This document shows positions 14,677 to 27,169 of a DNA stretch of 64,000 nucleotides, one piece after another (positions within the stretch are counted from its first letter, which is position 1; every line of letters starts with the position of its first letter). Source of the DNA: Callorhinchus milii (taxonomy: Eukaryota); the NCBI RefSeq assembly GCF_018977255.1, contig NW_024704750.1, forward strand, positions 10,478,001-10,542,000, read 5' to 3'. A model generated the notes under the pieces. It did no database searches. It worked only from the letters and a program-made list of their open reading frames with translations, and was not told the origin of the DNA. The position numbers and the translations under genes were made by a program.

Positions 14677-17374
14677 GTTATACTTTAGTTTGAAAAAAAA
14701 CTTTACTTTTGCAACAACAAAAAATGACATTCATTACATTAATAAAATCCTCCCCCAAATTCTGCTCCCAGTTATACAATAAAGCCTCTGCTTATTTGTT
14801 AGCAATTTCAGCTGGTTTCATCTCAACTGGAGCCTGGCAAAATGAAAGATCTTCCATAATATTTAGATTTAAATACTTATGTGTTCACATACATCTGTTT
14901 TACTTTTCTAGCGCCCAAGACACATATATATGACTGCATTTGTTTTTAATGCGTTTTTGTATCTCTACAATATACCATTTACATCATTTTAATATTAACC
15001 ATCAAGATATATATGTTTTACTCCTATTGCAGCACTTTATAGTGTGAGTGACAAAATAATGAAAAATTTGAGTGACAACAAACTGCCAACCACCATCTTG
15101 AGAATTGCAGCAAATAGAAATGGCATAGGATGTATTACACTACTTATGAAACTTTCGAGTTTAATTTTATATAGAGGCCTTGTAATTGCAAATATTTCAT
15201 GCATTTTGCACTAGAATAAGACCCAAGTGTATCAACTGCAGCGACATAAGAAACGTTCGTGACAGAATAGAATCCAACTGTGAGTTAAATTACCTTAGTT
15301 TGCATTAGTATTAAAGCATAACTGCGCATTGCATTAGATACAGTCAATAGTTTGAAAAAACTGGCTTGAGATGAGAGTAAGCTATAGGCTTTTCCATTCA
15401 AACATTCTGGAGCTGCAAGTTTTAACTGCACAAAATTATTGTTCTCAGTAAAAAAAAAGCTGAATTCAATTTGTTGCTTGGTCATCTCACGCTTGTTTTC
15501 TTGTATGTAAAGTGATTTTTTTTAATTAAGTTTGGAATATTAGATATGTATGTGTAAGGAGTTCTATACGTGCAGATGAATCAGCTTTTGTTGCTGACTT
15601 TCATTTGGCTGGATGAAAGAATGATTTAAATATTAACATAATATACAATACAACTACTTAACAATTGGAAACATCCTGTGTTCTATCACTGATGAAATTT
15701 ATCTATCTATCTTCCACCCTTCCACGAAGGACAATAAGAAAGATGTTACAAATGTTCTCTTGATCAAAAACCTGGGTTGGTGAAAGACGATGGCAAATAA
15801 TGAGTAGGCTAAAGGGAAAAAAAAAGTACAGACAGCTGTGGCCAAGCCGGCGGCTAGTGTAGTCATTACCGTGGAGATGGTGCCGTGGGTTTTTACAAAA
15901 GAAAGGGTCATGATGGTACAATGTCACCCAGCATGTGCAAAAAGGATAACATCTGGATCCATGCTAAGCCTCAAAGGAAGTGAAGAAATTTAACCAAGGT
16001 TGCTGTGATTGTTAAAAAAAATACCTCAGTAAGGTCTTTTCCTCAGCAGCCTTCCCCGCAAAACCTGCCCAGTTACAAAATGAATTAGATCAGGTAGGTA
16101 TCGGCGATGTTTTATTCGCAGCAAAGAAGTGAATGTTAAAGAAGGATGACTTGTAGCAACATAATAATGTGTTCTAAAATGTAGACAACAGATGCCTCAC
16201 CCAGGGACACAGCATTGCTGAAACGGCAGGAAGCCCCCAGTATGTTCACTTTGCACAGAATCTGTCTTTTGACAGCTGCCCATTTTAGAACTGCAGCAAG
16301 CCTGCTACTCTGGGGCTTATTTGCTAGCTGAAGTCAAATACTCAGTCATTTGCTAGGTCAGGAAATGTACACACAAAATTATGAAACAAAATCTCTCTCT
16401 TTTATGGTTTGATCAAAGAACGAAATCAGACAACTTATCCAATTTAAGGTGATAATTAATATCTCGACTGCCTTCAATAAGTGAAATGCCTTGACATAAA
16501 ACTTTATGGGAGCTCCTGTTTAAAAGGCAAGAAGCTCTGGTGTTTTGTTGCATGCACTTAAAATAGATTATAATTAATGTAGATAAAATATCAGGTAACT
16601 ATTTGATGTGATAATCTTTAGAATGTAACAGATATCACTGATTTGCCCAGTTTGTGCACACTTTTTCTTAGAGTACTGATGAAAAATCAGCCTATAAATC
16701 TTTGCCATACTCAGAAAAAAGCACATAATATTCAGAGCACATAGAATGAACACCTAACCCATCTTTGCTGTTTATACTGGAACCAAATCTTTACTTTTAA
16801 ATGTTGTTGTTTGTGATATTTGGATCCTCCCTAACGTGAGGATGACAGATATTTGTTAGAAGCAAGAGAGAATGAATGATGAGAAAACACAAAAACGCTT
16901 GAAAATCAATGCGATTGGAGAATTTTCAACCCTGACACTGATGATTAATAACAAATTTATTCAATGTGGCCTAAAGCGTGCTGAATTAATAGGTCTGAGA
17001 CTCACTTCAGCTGTGAACCTCCCAGTAAAAAGGATCTCATATTGCAGGTCTCAGTAATCCTTGATGATATCCTTCAATGCTATGTCCAGAACGCCATTCA
17101 AAACATTTCAGCTCTGTAACCAAATAAATAATGGGGTGAAAACGCTGTAACCAAATAGACAATGGAGTGTTAATATCAGTGATCGTTAACATATTGCTGA
17201 AAAAGCCAAATGATTTATCAACTGGCTCACAGGTATGAATCCCCACTTCCCCCCCTAAATCTATACTGTGTTTGGGCCGAAAGTCACTGGTGCCAACCAC
17301 TGGATTGCCATTTCAGAGTCTAATATCTACTGACACCAAGGCCTTGTTCTTTGGAACTAAAGCATTTTGTCTTG

Positions 17375-17537
17375 CAACCCATCTTGCTGCCTCCAAAATC
17401 CTCCTAAAAACATATCTCTTTGACCAAGCCTTTGATCAACACCTTCAAATCTGCCTTTTTCCCTGTTTGATATATATCAAACACTTTGAGACATTGAAAA
17501 GCAACATAAAAAAGCTTCTTGTTTTTGCTGTTGTTGC
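17375..17537 (+). mobile_element. L2 LINE 3' end
   Basis: Encodes SKILLKTYLFDQAF (L2 ORF2 C-terminus FK.LLKT.LF..AF), followed by a tail ending in (TTG)-like repeats. Confidence 0.75.
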
Positions 17538-17782
17538 AATTTCCTTAATTCTAAAGTTATTTTTATATATGGTGGGAAAGCTGATTTTTAATCTATTTTG
17601 TTTATCATGCAACACTGCTCCCACATCTCTACCAATGTTGATCTTCAACCAAGTGCGATGAGATAGGTGAGAGTGCCTTGACCTGCCACATCCACTGATT
17701 TTTCCTTTGTTTGCTGGTATGAAGGTAACCCTCCCAGCCTTTTCTCAGTGCTTCTCCTTAATAGCCTGCTGTATTCCAATAG

Positions 17783-18152
17783 TAGCTGTAGCTCAGGGCT
17801 TGGAGCACTCGCCTCGCAAGCGAGAGACCTGGGTTCGGTTTCCGACAGGGTGAAATACTGGGCAAGTTTCCTTACTCCACATGCCTCTGTTTACCTAGCA
17901 ATAAGTAGGAACCCAGTTGTTAGTCGATTGGTGGATCGCTTTTCCGGGTGTAATAATTCCTTCACAAAAAGAAAATAATAATAAATTGTTTAATCAATCT
18001 ACGAATGTTTGTAGGACACTGGTGTGCGCAATTGGCTGCCACGTTTTACCCACAAAATATACAGTCAATTCACTTTACAGTATATTCTGTGAAGCGCTTT
18101 ACGACATTTCAAAGACACTATATCAAATGCAAGGATTATTATTATTATTATT
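17783..18152 (+). mobile_element. tRNA(Ala)-derived SINE, long/older subfamily, full length
   Basis: Head gtagctcagggcttggagcactcgcctcgcaagcgagagacctgggttcg with A and B boxes, an extra ~65-bp internal segment, and tail tatatcaaatgcaagga(tta)n. Confidence 0.92.
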
Positions 18153-18311
18153 CAGATTCATCATTTGCTGCATGAGGTACAAGACCCTGCTATCACTCCA
18201 TTGATGCAATGCATTACAGCGCCTGTACACCAACTTATGTCATCTGAGAATTTAGACTTTTTAAAACTCTTAGTTAACTTTTCTAATGGTAAACGTTTTG
18301 TTCCTTTTCCC

Positions 18312-18992
18312 CTACTCCATCCAATTTTCTTCCGTTACCTTCCCTAAAAGTGCTGACTCAAGCTGGAACATATTTCTATGAATGCTGAATGCTCCATTCA
18401 GAGCCAAGTCTGATCCTGTCCTCACCTGACCTCTACGTACACTCACATTCCAGCAGAGGTCATTTTAATAAAATAACAATAATAAATTATAGTACAGGTG
18501 ATCTTTGGCTCAGTTGTTAGAGTCCTCGCTTTGCAAGTGAGAGACCTGAGTTCAATTCCAGGCAGGGCGAAACATTGGGCAAGTTTCCTTACTCCACACG
18601 CCTAATAATAATCCCTCCAAAAAAACAAAACAATAATAAATTGGTCATTTTCAATCCATATGACTGCTTGTGGGATATTGCTGTGCGCAATTGGCTGCCG
18701 CGTTCGCCCACAAATATACAGTCAATTCACTTTACAGTGTGTTCTGTGAAGCGCTTTGGGACGTCCTCCCGACGTGAAAAGCGCTATATCAAATGCAAGG
18801 ATTATTATTATCTGTATTATTGGATACAGATCACCTGTAATGGTATTGCTGGCTGATTTTACCTCTCCTTCATCCAGAGACGCTATTGCCACTCAAGCTA
18901 ATCCAACACAGTTTGGTGATCAAACCTTGGAGTCTTCTTGACTGGATGCTCGCTTTCACATTGGGCATTAGACTCACCAACTGAGCCACCAG
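18312..18992 (-). mobile_element. Ancient tRNA-headed SINE (AmnSINE2-like from memory), interrupted by a younger SINE
   Basis: The minus strand reads ctggtggctcagttggtgag..aggtttgatcacc..aaaatcagccag (18840-18992) and resumes tgacctctgctggaa..ggtgaggacaggatcagacttggc..gagtcagcac..gaaaattgg (18312-18465). The same motifs occur at 46075, 47831 and 61017. Confidence 0.65.
18503..18811 (+). mobile_element. tRNA(Ala)-derived SINE, short/young subfamily
   Basis: ggctcagttgttagag..ctttgcaag..gagttcaattcc head; near-identical to the copies at 19903, 32811 and 46706; (tta)n tail. Confidence 0.95.
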
Positions 18993-19229
18993 TCGAGCTT
19001 CATATTGTTATGATCAATATTTCTTAGCTAAAATAGACATGACAATAAGCGTGTGAGAATCTCCTCTCCTGCTTTTTGTTATTGTTGTGATATTAATACA
19101 ACAGAATGCATGTGGAGTATCATTACTTGCTATTTGATTTTGCGTGTGTGATTTTATAATGCAAACTAGCCATACAATTTCCAAGTAATCGGTCACAGAT
19201 TATATCCCAATAAAACTGCAGTAATGGTG

Positions 19230-19500
19230 TCTCATGTGTTAATTTTTTTTTAATGTGAACGCCATCAGGCATCTACTGTGCCGAGTGAACTGACTGTCAG
19301 TGTGCAAAGTGACAGCTGAGGCCGACACAGAAATAAAATCACCCATAAAACGTTATATTATATAAAACAACAGATACCCTAGAGTGATTTTGAGCCAGTA
19401 ATCTAATCGTGGGGTTTAGATGACGGTTATAAACTGCTCCAGCTTTGCTCTTGTGGTTTATGACATCATCTGAAACCCTTGATTAGATTGTTGTCATGCA
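19230..19500. promoter_or_regulatory. Candidate conserved non-coding enhancer
   Basis: Unique sequence with two Meis sites (CTGTCA 19294-19299, TGACAG 19310-19315), posterior-Hox/Cdx sites (CCCATAAAA 19342-19350, TTTATGAC 19457-19464) and retained CpGs. Confidence 0.4.
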
Positions 19501-19838
19501 TTCACTCCCAGGTACCAATTATTCCACATTTATGCTCACTTGGTATGGAGCAGGGGCTGTGAAAATTAATATTAATGTCAATGGAATGAAAAGGATTAAA
19601 AGACAAATGTATCAGACAGTTAACTCATTTTTCAAAAGGACGTTTTGCAGTCCTAATGCAATGATTTTTAAAGCAGAAACAAAGCTGCCAATTTAGGTCA
19701 GAACAGACCGCCACCATTTGGCATACATTTTACGGAATCCCATATTTTCAAGTAAAACTCTTAAATGGGCATTTATAGATATGCTTTTAATTATTACTCC
19801 TGCTAAGTTTAAACTAAATTTTTCACTTCATGACTGGT

Positions 19839-20315
19839 ACATTTCTGTGAGCAAATTGGCTGCCATGTTCGCCTATAAATACTTAGTCACTACACTTTGT
19901 AGAGGCCTGTAGCTCAGTGGTTAGAGCACTCGCTTTGCAAGCGAGAGACCTGAGTTCAATTCCAGGCAGAGGGCGAAAACTTGGGCAAGTTTCCTTACTC
20001 CACACAGAGCCTAATAATAATCCCTCCAAAACCAAAAACAATAATAAATTGGTCATTTTCAATCTACGACTGTTTGTGGAACATTGCTGTGCACAATTGG
20101 CTGCCGCGTTCGCCCACAAATATACAGTCAATTCACTTTACAGTGTGTTCTGTGAAGCGCTTTGGGACGTCCTCCCGACGTGAAAAGCGCTATATCAAAT
20201 GCAAGGATTATTATTATTATTACTTCACAGTGAATCCTGTAAAGCGCTTTGAGACATCCTTCTGCCTTGAAAGGTGCTATATAAAACTTAAGGATTATTA
20301 TTATTAATATTATTA
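19839..20315 (+). mobile_element. Older SINE 3' part split by a young SINE insertion
   Basis: ctgtgagcaaattggctgccatgttcgcc..gtcactacactt (19839-19898) resumes as cttcacagtgaatcctgtaaagcgctttgagac..aaggattattatt (20223-20315). Confidence 0.8.
19903..20222 (+). mobile_element. tRNA(Ala)-derived SINE, short/young subfamily, full length
   Basis: A box TAGCTCAGTGG, TTTGCAA anticodon-loop-like segment, B box GAGTTCAATTCC, L2-type tail and (tta)n. Confidence 0.96.
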
Positions 20316-20316
20316 T

Positions 20317-20687
20317 CAACTACAAAAACAACAACAACTTGGATTTATATAGCGCCCTCCACGGCGGACGGCATCTCAGAGCGCTTTACAGTTTAGGATC
20401 CCGGGACTGAGCCAGGGGGAGGGGTGGGAAGGTGACCAAAGGCTCAGTCGAAAAGAAAGGTCTTCAGCAGAGACCTGAAAATGGGAAGGGAGAGAGCGAG
20501 ACGAAGGGAGTGAGGAAGGCAGTTCCAGAGCCTCAGGGCGTAGTGGCTGAAGGCACGGCCGCCGAGGGTGGAGCGGAGGACTCGGGGGACAAGGAGGAGG
20601 CCAGACCCGGAAGAACAAAGGCAACGGTGCTGAGGTGAGAGGAGGTCAGAGAGGTAGGGCAGTGCAGAAGAGTGCAGGGACTTGAAA
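20317..20687 (-). mobile_element. L2 LINE 3' end (GC-rich, relatively young)
   Basis: The minus strand encodes GGRAFSHYALRLWNCLPHSLRLALSLPIFRSLLKTFLFD*AF, the L2 ORF2 C-terminus; it ends gcgctatataaatccaag(ttg)n. Confidence 0.92.
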
Positions 20688-22057
20688 TGTCAAAAGGATG
20701 CGTTCAAATGATTTAAAGATTGAACTGCACATTGAATATATGACGCATTGAATAAATGGAATATTCAGTACATATAGCTTTTTAGAATTAATTTACAGAG
20801 CTTTTAATAGTGTTTATGTATTCAAAGAAATTATTGGAGAAAATCATTTCTTAAACAAGTAATTTCAGGTCGTCTGAATCCTACTGAGTTTGGGTAGAAG
20901 TTGGTAAATTAATCAGACTTCAAAATATTTGAATAAAGTTCATAAATGTATTGAAAGTTTCAAAAATAGCTCAATCTAACAACTAAAGAAACCTAACTAT
21001 AATTTCCAAAGTTAATTGTCGTAATTACTGATGAAGGATCATGCTGAATGGGTTGCAAAATGAAAATTGAATATAGTTATATTAGTTTCCAAGTTTTAAA
21101 TCATGGGAATTTTAGTTAAATGAAGTTCAGTTATAATGATATTTTACATGACAGCACATGGAGAACAAATGTTAGAAAATATTTTTGACATGATCAAAAA
21201 TGAAAGAAATCAGAAACAAAATAAAAAGTTTACAGAATCAAATGAAAATTCAAGTAAAATCTTTTGCTACTTTTCTGCAAAATTGTTTGTTAATATTCAT
21301 TTAATTTTCAATCAGCTGGGTATCTCATAAAACCCATCACCGTATTTAAGAGTCTCCAAACGTGTTTTGTTTGTCTGTCTTGCAGTACATACTTTTCCTA
21401 AATGGGCTGTACGCTGATTTACTAAATTCCAATGAAATCATGTGCAGATTGGCAAGGGCCAAGTCTGGGACCCCAAGTGTGCATTGAGGTACTTCTGAAG
21501 TTTAACCAACTGAAACCATACAGTCTACCATTCGGTAGCACGGGTAAATTTCCCGCTGCTTGTTTGGCTAGGACCACCCTATCCATTGGGGTTTGGGCTT
21601 CCAGGGTTATCAGTAGCCGACTAAGAAGAATCCCCACTCCTTATGACTGGTATTCAAGGGGGAAAAAAACAAAGGTAAAAACAATAATCTCTGAAGAGGT
21701 GATGAATATTTTGAAGAGAGTCAATTTGCACGCACTGGAAAATAAGGGAGTGTAATGATCTATTATTTGTTAACAGTATTATGATCATTTAAACTATATC
21801 TAATTATTTTATACCCATGCCAACAGAAATAAATGTTTAACTGTCATATTGTGATAGACATCATGAGTTTGAATCATCACAATTTAATTGATGCTATTAG
21901 TATAATCCAGTGCAATTCTCAACCTGGGAGGCATCCCTGAACTTGCACAAACTTATCAACCTGCCATCTGCTGAAATTAAAAACCAGAGGTTCAAGGCAT
22001 CTGATTTATCATCAACCCGAGAATATTCAAGGGTTCATTTTATTAACAAAAGCAGTT

Positions 22058-22080
22058 TATATATATATATATATATATAT
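22058..22080. repeat. (TA)n microsatellite
   Basis: tatatatatatatatatatat seen directly. Confidence 0.9.
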
Positions 22081-22270
22081 GTATATGAAACTTGTGCTTT
22101 TAAATCATATACTGAGGTAGCTTCAACATTTTATCAATTATCAATTACAGGCACTTGGGTGTGATCAGTCACCTAATTGGGTTATAAGCAGATGCTGTCG
22201 GAGGAGGAGGGAATTCTCGGAATGGTGCTTTGCAGATTTCTGGCTGGTAGCTAAAATAACCGACAATATA

Positions 22271-22500
22271 AGATCACAAGAGAGCTTCAGATGAAGAAGA
22301 TCCTTCATCCCATCAGATTTCACCCTTTCAGAGAACCATCCTCCGATTACACCATTACGTTTTTTAAATGATTACGGCTTCTTGGTCTCAATCACACTTC
22401 CTGGTACACTATTCCAGTAGTCAATTGCCCTCTCGCTGAATAAATATTTGCTGGTGCCTGTCTTAACATTGTCCTTCTGGGTCCTCTTGTTCTGTTGTAT
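22271..22500 (-). mobile_element. CR1 LINE 3' relic
   Basis: The minus strand contains ttattcagcgagagggcaattgactactggaatagtgtaccagga (F.SERAIDYWNSVP, CR1 C-terminal motif). Confidence 0.7.
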
Positions 22501-22529
22501 CAGTATATCCCAAAGTTAGATGCAAGACT

Positions 22530-22695
22530 TAAGATGCATTCAAGAGAAAACTAGATATTTACATCAGGGAGAGGGGAATAGAAGGGTATCGGAGGGAGTA
22601 AGGAATGGGTGAAAACTCGTGTGGAGTATAAACATCAGCACAGATTCGTTGGGCCGAGTAGTCTGTTTCCTTGCTGCACATTCTTTGTAAATCTT
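22530..22695 (+). mobile_element. CR1 LINE 3' end
   Basis: gcattcaagagaaaactagat (AFKRKLD), followed by a CR1-type 3' UTR ending ttgggccgagtagtctgtttcc..attctttg. Confidence 0.8.
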
Positions 22696-24439
22696 TCTTT
22701 GTTAAAACAAAAGTAATATTCTGAGCTTAGGTAGGAGTCCTCCTACTTATCTGCTAATTCTTTTGGTGGCAGTTGATATTGTGGTTCAGAGAAACCATAG
22801 AAACAGAACTTAAGTTCCCACTATGAAGTTTTGGGTATACTTGTGAAAATTCTCCTTCAATTAATTGAAGGAGTATCTTGTGGTTGGTAATTGTATTGTG
22901 ATGTCCACAATGATAAACATCAATCCTTTTCCTGTGGTTACTGTGCTAAGAGAGAAATTTTCTAAGTTTAGATTCAGGGCTTAGGATCACAATTGCAGGA
23001 GGTGGTCGTATGACTGACTCTTCAAGAATATGAAAATACGGTCCAAAATCTTGAACTGATTGACAGATTTCTCCACATGAACCATGCCCTACTCAGCCCC
23101 TTGTGAATGAGATTTGAGGGCAGGAATTATCAATCCTGTTTCTCACTCCAAATTGGTTTACTGCTGAAAGCGATAATAATTCGCTCCAGTAGTATAAATC
23201 CAGCATTAGTGTCCTCACTCTTTGAATGTCCTTGAATGTCTGTGTGTTTGCAATGTATCGTTCCAAGGACTTTAATGGATCCATTGGAAGCACATTTCTC
23301 GCCCTGTAAACTGCACTACAGTAAATGGTTGATTTTAATTTTTTTTAAAAAAAGTAATCACTTACCACCTACTTTATGTGACTGAATAAAAAGAGACCCA
23401 TGCACCCATGTGTATTTAAGATACACTGTCCTACTGACACAAGCATAATATAGTTACATCCTTCTAACACAAAGATTGGTAGCCAAGGTTACAATGACAT
23501 TCATAAATTAGCATTTTCATCTAGATATGGGGATACTTGATCATGTCAAACACAATTGATCAAAATTACAGATAGACCTTTAGACGCACTTTACCCCAAA
23601 TGAGGTGAGCTTGAGCTACCTTTATGTAATTTGAGGTAAATCTGCCTTCCTGGGAGTTATCCAGCATATAATTACTTGAATAAGAATGGATAATACTTCA
23701 CTAGACAGGAAAGAAAAGTTAGTCCCTTGAGTCAGGTTTGTCTATTTCAGTACTAGATTACGAAATGAATAGGTTTCTCAATAATACTCCACAAGTAATA
23801 ATTATAAATAATTTGGATGTAATATTAATTTTTTATATTTAACATGTTTCATTGATAAAATGCTTGATACTAATTACTTTAGGAAGAGTGTTAGTAATAT
23901 CCTCCAGGGAAAGGATGGAATGAGTCAGATCTGCCATTGTGTTGGCCTGGCTCTGAGGATACATGACTGGCAAAGTCAGGCAGGTCCACCATAATCCAAG
24001 CCAAAACTTGGGTTTATAAAGATGTCCTCAATCCTGCAAGCCAAAACCTAACAGTTGTGGTGAGTTTCGTTTTAATGGCAACACAGTAAAGAAGAACATG
24101 TGGAAATGGTTTGAAGGTTAAGAGGAACAATCAAAAAAGCTTTATTCGACCAATCCCATTGTAATTATTTTTATAAAAATGAAGAAATAGAAAACTTTGC
24201 AGCTTTGAAGAACTGAGCAGATGGCAGAGGCGAGGATGACATCACCTTTCAGACAAGTGCAAAAATATGCTAGAATTACCTTTACAGACATGAAAATAGT
24301 ATTTAAATTGTTTGATGAACTTCAATTTTATTGAAATTTGTTGAGGAGAAAAGATATGTTTAGTGTAGAAGATGAAACCGAGTTTCTTGTGAGGCAACTT
24401 TCGCATTGGAGAGGTGAGAATTCTACCTGAGCTCATGGA

Positions 24440-24780
24440 GTTTCAGGATGCCATGGTTATTAGCGCCCATCGAAGAATATGAAGGAGATCAACGTTTGGT
24501 AAGTCAGCCATCAAACTGCGACAGGAGTGAAGGCTTTGTATATTGAGGATGTGCCGTCTGAAGGAAGTTGATGAATGTGCAGTGAAATCATCAGCAATAG
24601 GGTAAAAAGGGTTGGATAAGGAATGGAGGATGTCATTAGTGTAGACACAGAACAAAGTGGGAGTGAGAACAGAGCTCTGGAGTAGCCTTCAGTTAATGAA
24701 GAATGAGTCACAGTGAAGCCGGATAGAGCAGTTTGATAGCTGTGGATATAACTTGATGGTGGCAATGAGAATCCCTTGAC
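24440..24780 (-). mobile_element. Decayed non-LTR reverse transcriptase fragment (CR1/L2 group)
   Basis: The minus strand gives LQSSVLTPTLFCVYTNDILHSLSNPFYPIADD...DLLHILRWA, matching the RT motifs PQGSVLGP.LF..YIND, YADD and DL..I..W. Confidence 0.8.
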
Positions 24781-27169
24781 ACAAAATATCCAGGCCTCCC
24801 AGCGAAAGCAAAGAAAGAAAACAACTTAAAATAGAGTTGTAAATGAGAATTTCTGTTTAGTAAATTGTCCGCATAAAAGATTCATTTAAGGCAAGCACAA
24901 TTATTCAAATTTGCTGGTTGCACAGTTTTATAGTGCTCTACATGGATTTTTACATTCACAATTCCCTCTGTGTGCCAATGTACTAATTCCCTATAAATTA
25001 AGCATGTAATTCATTGATGTAAAAAAGTTACATTGACCAGCTACATTTTGGTTAGAATCAAGCTCAAGGTGTACGAATGTCATGATAGTAGTACTGTCTT
25101 TTTGTATGCTAGTAGAAGTTAAGCACTGCAACCATAAAGCTGGCTTGCTGGAAATCGAGATGCCAAGCTGTGCTGCAATGCTGCAAGAGAAGAGTGACAC
25201 TAATACCTACTGTTACTAGCACAGCACCTAACAATGAACATCCAGAGTCATCGAAGGTCAATGTGTGCATAGTAGTTACGTGCAATTCAATCCGTGCTTT
25301 TGCATAATTCAGATACCCCAAATTTTTTAATTCATGAATGATGAAAAGGTGTACTTAATTTCATCTCTCACGGATCTCAAAACTCCTTTCAAACCTTATT
25401 TCTGTGGCCTTACTGATGCGAAAAGTGGGAAAATGTTCAGCGTGGTCATGCCGAAAGATTTAGGCCTAACCTCGCAAACACAACGTGTATTAATATCCTT
25501 GTTTAAGTTGATTTATAGCTTAATTCATTATCCTTTTTGTATTAGTAATTATTTCTAAAATACCAGAGAGCTAAATCCCCCCCCCACCCCCCACCTTCCC
25601 GAGCTCTACTAAGCATTTGATTTAAAGCCAGACTGCACAAAATCATGAGGTTCATATTGCTGGACTCTGTCTTTCTGAGCTCTGACATTTCAAAATATTT
25701 ATTGCTCTTCTGCATTACTGCATTCCTTATAGATCTTAAGGTGATTGGTGGTTTTTAACCATAATGCAATTAATAAAATCTGCAATCATTCATTTTTATT
25801 ATTTATCCATGCTGTGTATTAAAAGAGCTGGTTCTCTGTCTACATTAAGATAAGGAAGTCAGTTCAAAGCTTGCCTGTGCATAATAAACAGATAATTTTC
25901 AAATGTAGACCTCCCTTGCTGCATTCGGTCTGAAGCTGTTCCAACCGAAAGCACAGATTCTTTAATATTTTATTGATCAGATCTAAACCTTCTGCCCAAA
26001 GTGGCAATTAAATTTCAATTAAACTGACTGAATGCATCATATTAAATTTCAGCGCTTTACGAGCTATCAGATAATGCTGCAGGACAAATCTTCAGTATGA
26101 TCACACACTTTTCAAATTATATTATCCTGTTCATTCACAATAAAAGTGACAGTTTTAGGTATACTTTCAATATTTCTTGAGTATAAACCCTCTAATGAAC
26201 ACATTTTACAGTCTTTAAATCAATTATTATTAGATATTTTAATAAAGGGAATTGAGCACTTTGTTTTATACACTGCAGAGAAGTTATTATAATATTACAC
26301 TGTCTGCTATGTACTGGACAGTAATAGTGACACACCGAGCAGAATTTCCAATTGCTTAGCATAATTTTCTAAATTTAATTAGTGGGTAAAATAAAAAGAT
26401 TGGTATTACCCAACGTAACTTTTTTTCCCATTAATGAAAGTTTATCAAAATATATTAGTCGTTTTGTTTTTCATTTTGTTTTATCATTTTCCAATTGTCG
26501 GTAATAAAAATTTTATCACTAGCTCAGTTCCATTATTACCAGTAAATTTTTTGCTGTATCCGTTTTGAATGTTACTTAGCAATTAGCTCTCATGTGTTAA
26601 GCAGTGGTACAGCACTATAGCTGTATATAGCATAACAGGTTATAAGAATTTAGAATTGCAAGCGTGATCTTTTAATATCAAGTAATCAAATAATTATTGC
26701 ACCCATCGCTTCAGAAGGAAATGTTTATTATTGTTCCTTTTCCCTCTTCTTTCTCCCATTCGCTTAAAAGGTTTGTTCTTTTCTTGTCCTTCTTGTGGTG
26801 TTTTGCTCTTTTCATTCTTATTTTATCGACCTCAGCACACATTTGCTGCCTCTTTTTATAATATGGCCACTGCAGAATCACATCAAGCAAATTCCTGAAT
26901 CTGCTGTGAGTAATTTAGTACCTTTACGCAATCGCAATTTCAGGGCTCACTGCTTGTTTTTCTAAAATGTACTTTAGGAATTAGTTACTCCAACCACAAA
27001 TCAGTTGAATTTATGCACGGTTGTAATACAGTTTATGGCCTCATGGTACATTGCTTCAAAAACAGCAGATGTGAAATTATGATAAATATAATGAAGGTTT
27101 TTGCCTGATCTACTGAAGTAGAGAGAGATCTGGAGCGTGTTTACCTATCCCATACAGTACATTTAATGT

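Noticed and set aside
19903-19972. tRNA-Ala(TGC) genes at the SINE heads
   Set aside because: The acceptor stem is not properly formed and each head runs directly into SINE body and tail.
21018-21050. Hammerhead-like GTC..CTGATGA..GAA
   Set aside because: Stem I does not pair next to the core, GAAT replaces GAAA, and there is no stem III. Other CTGATGA hits (11078, 42083, 62733) also lack the fold.
22900-23310. Possible minus-strand LINE endonuclease relic
   Set aside because: Only vague RPP and IIVDI similarity; not supportable by eye.
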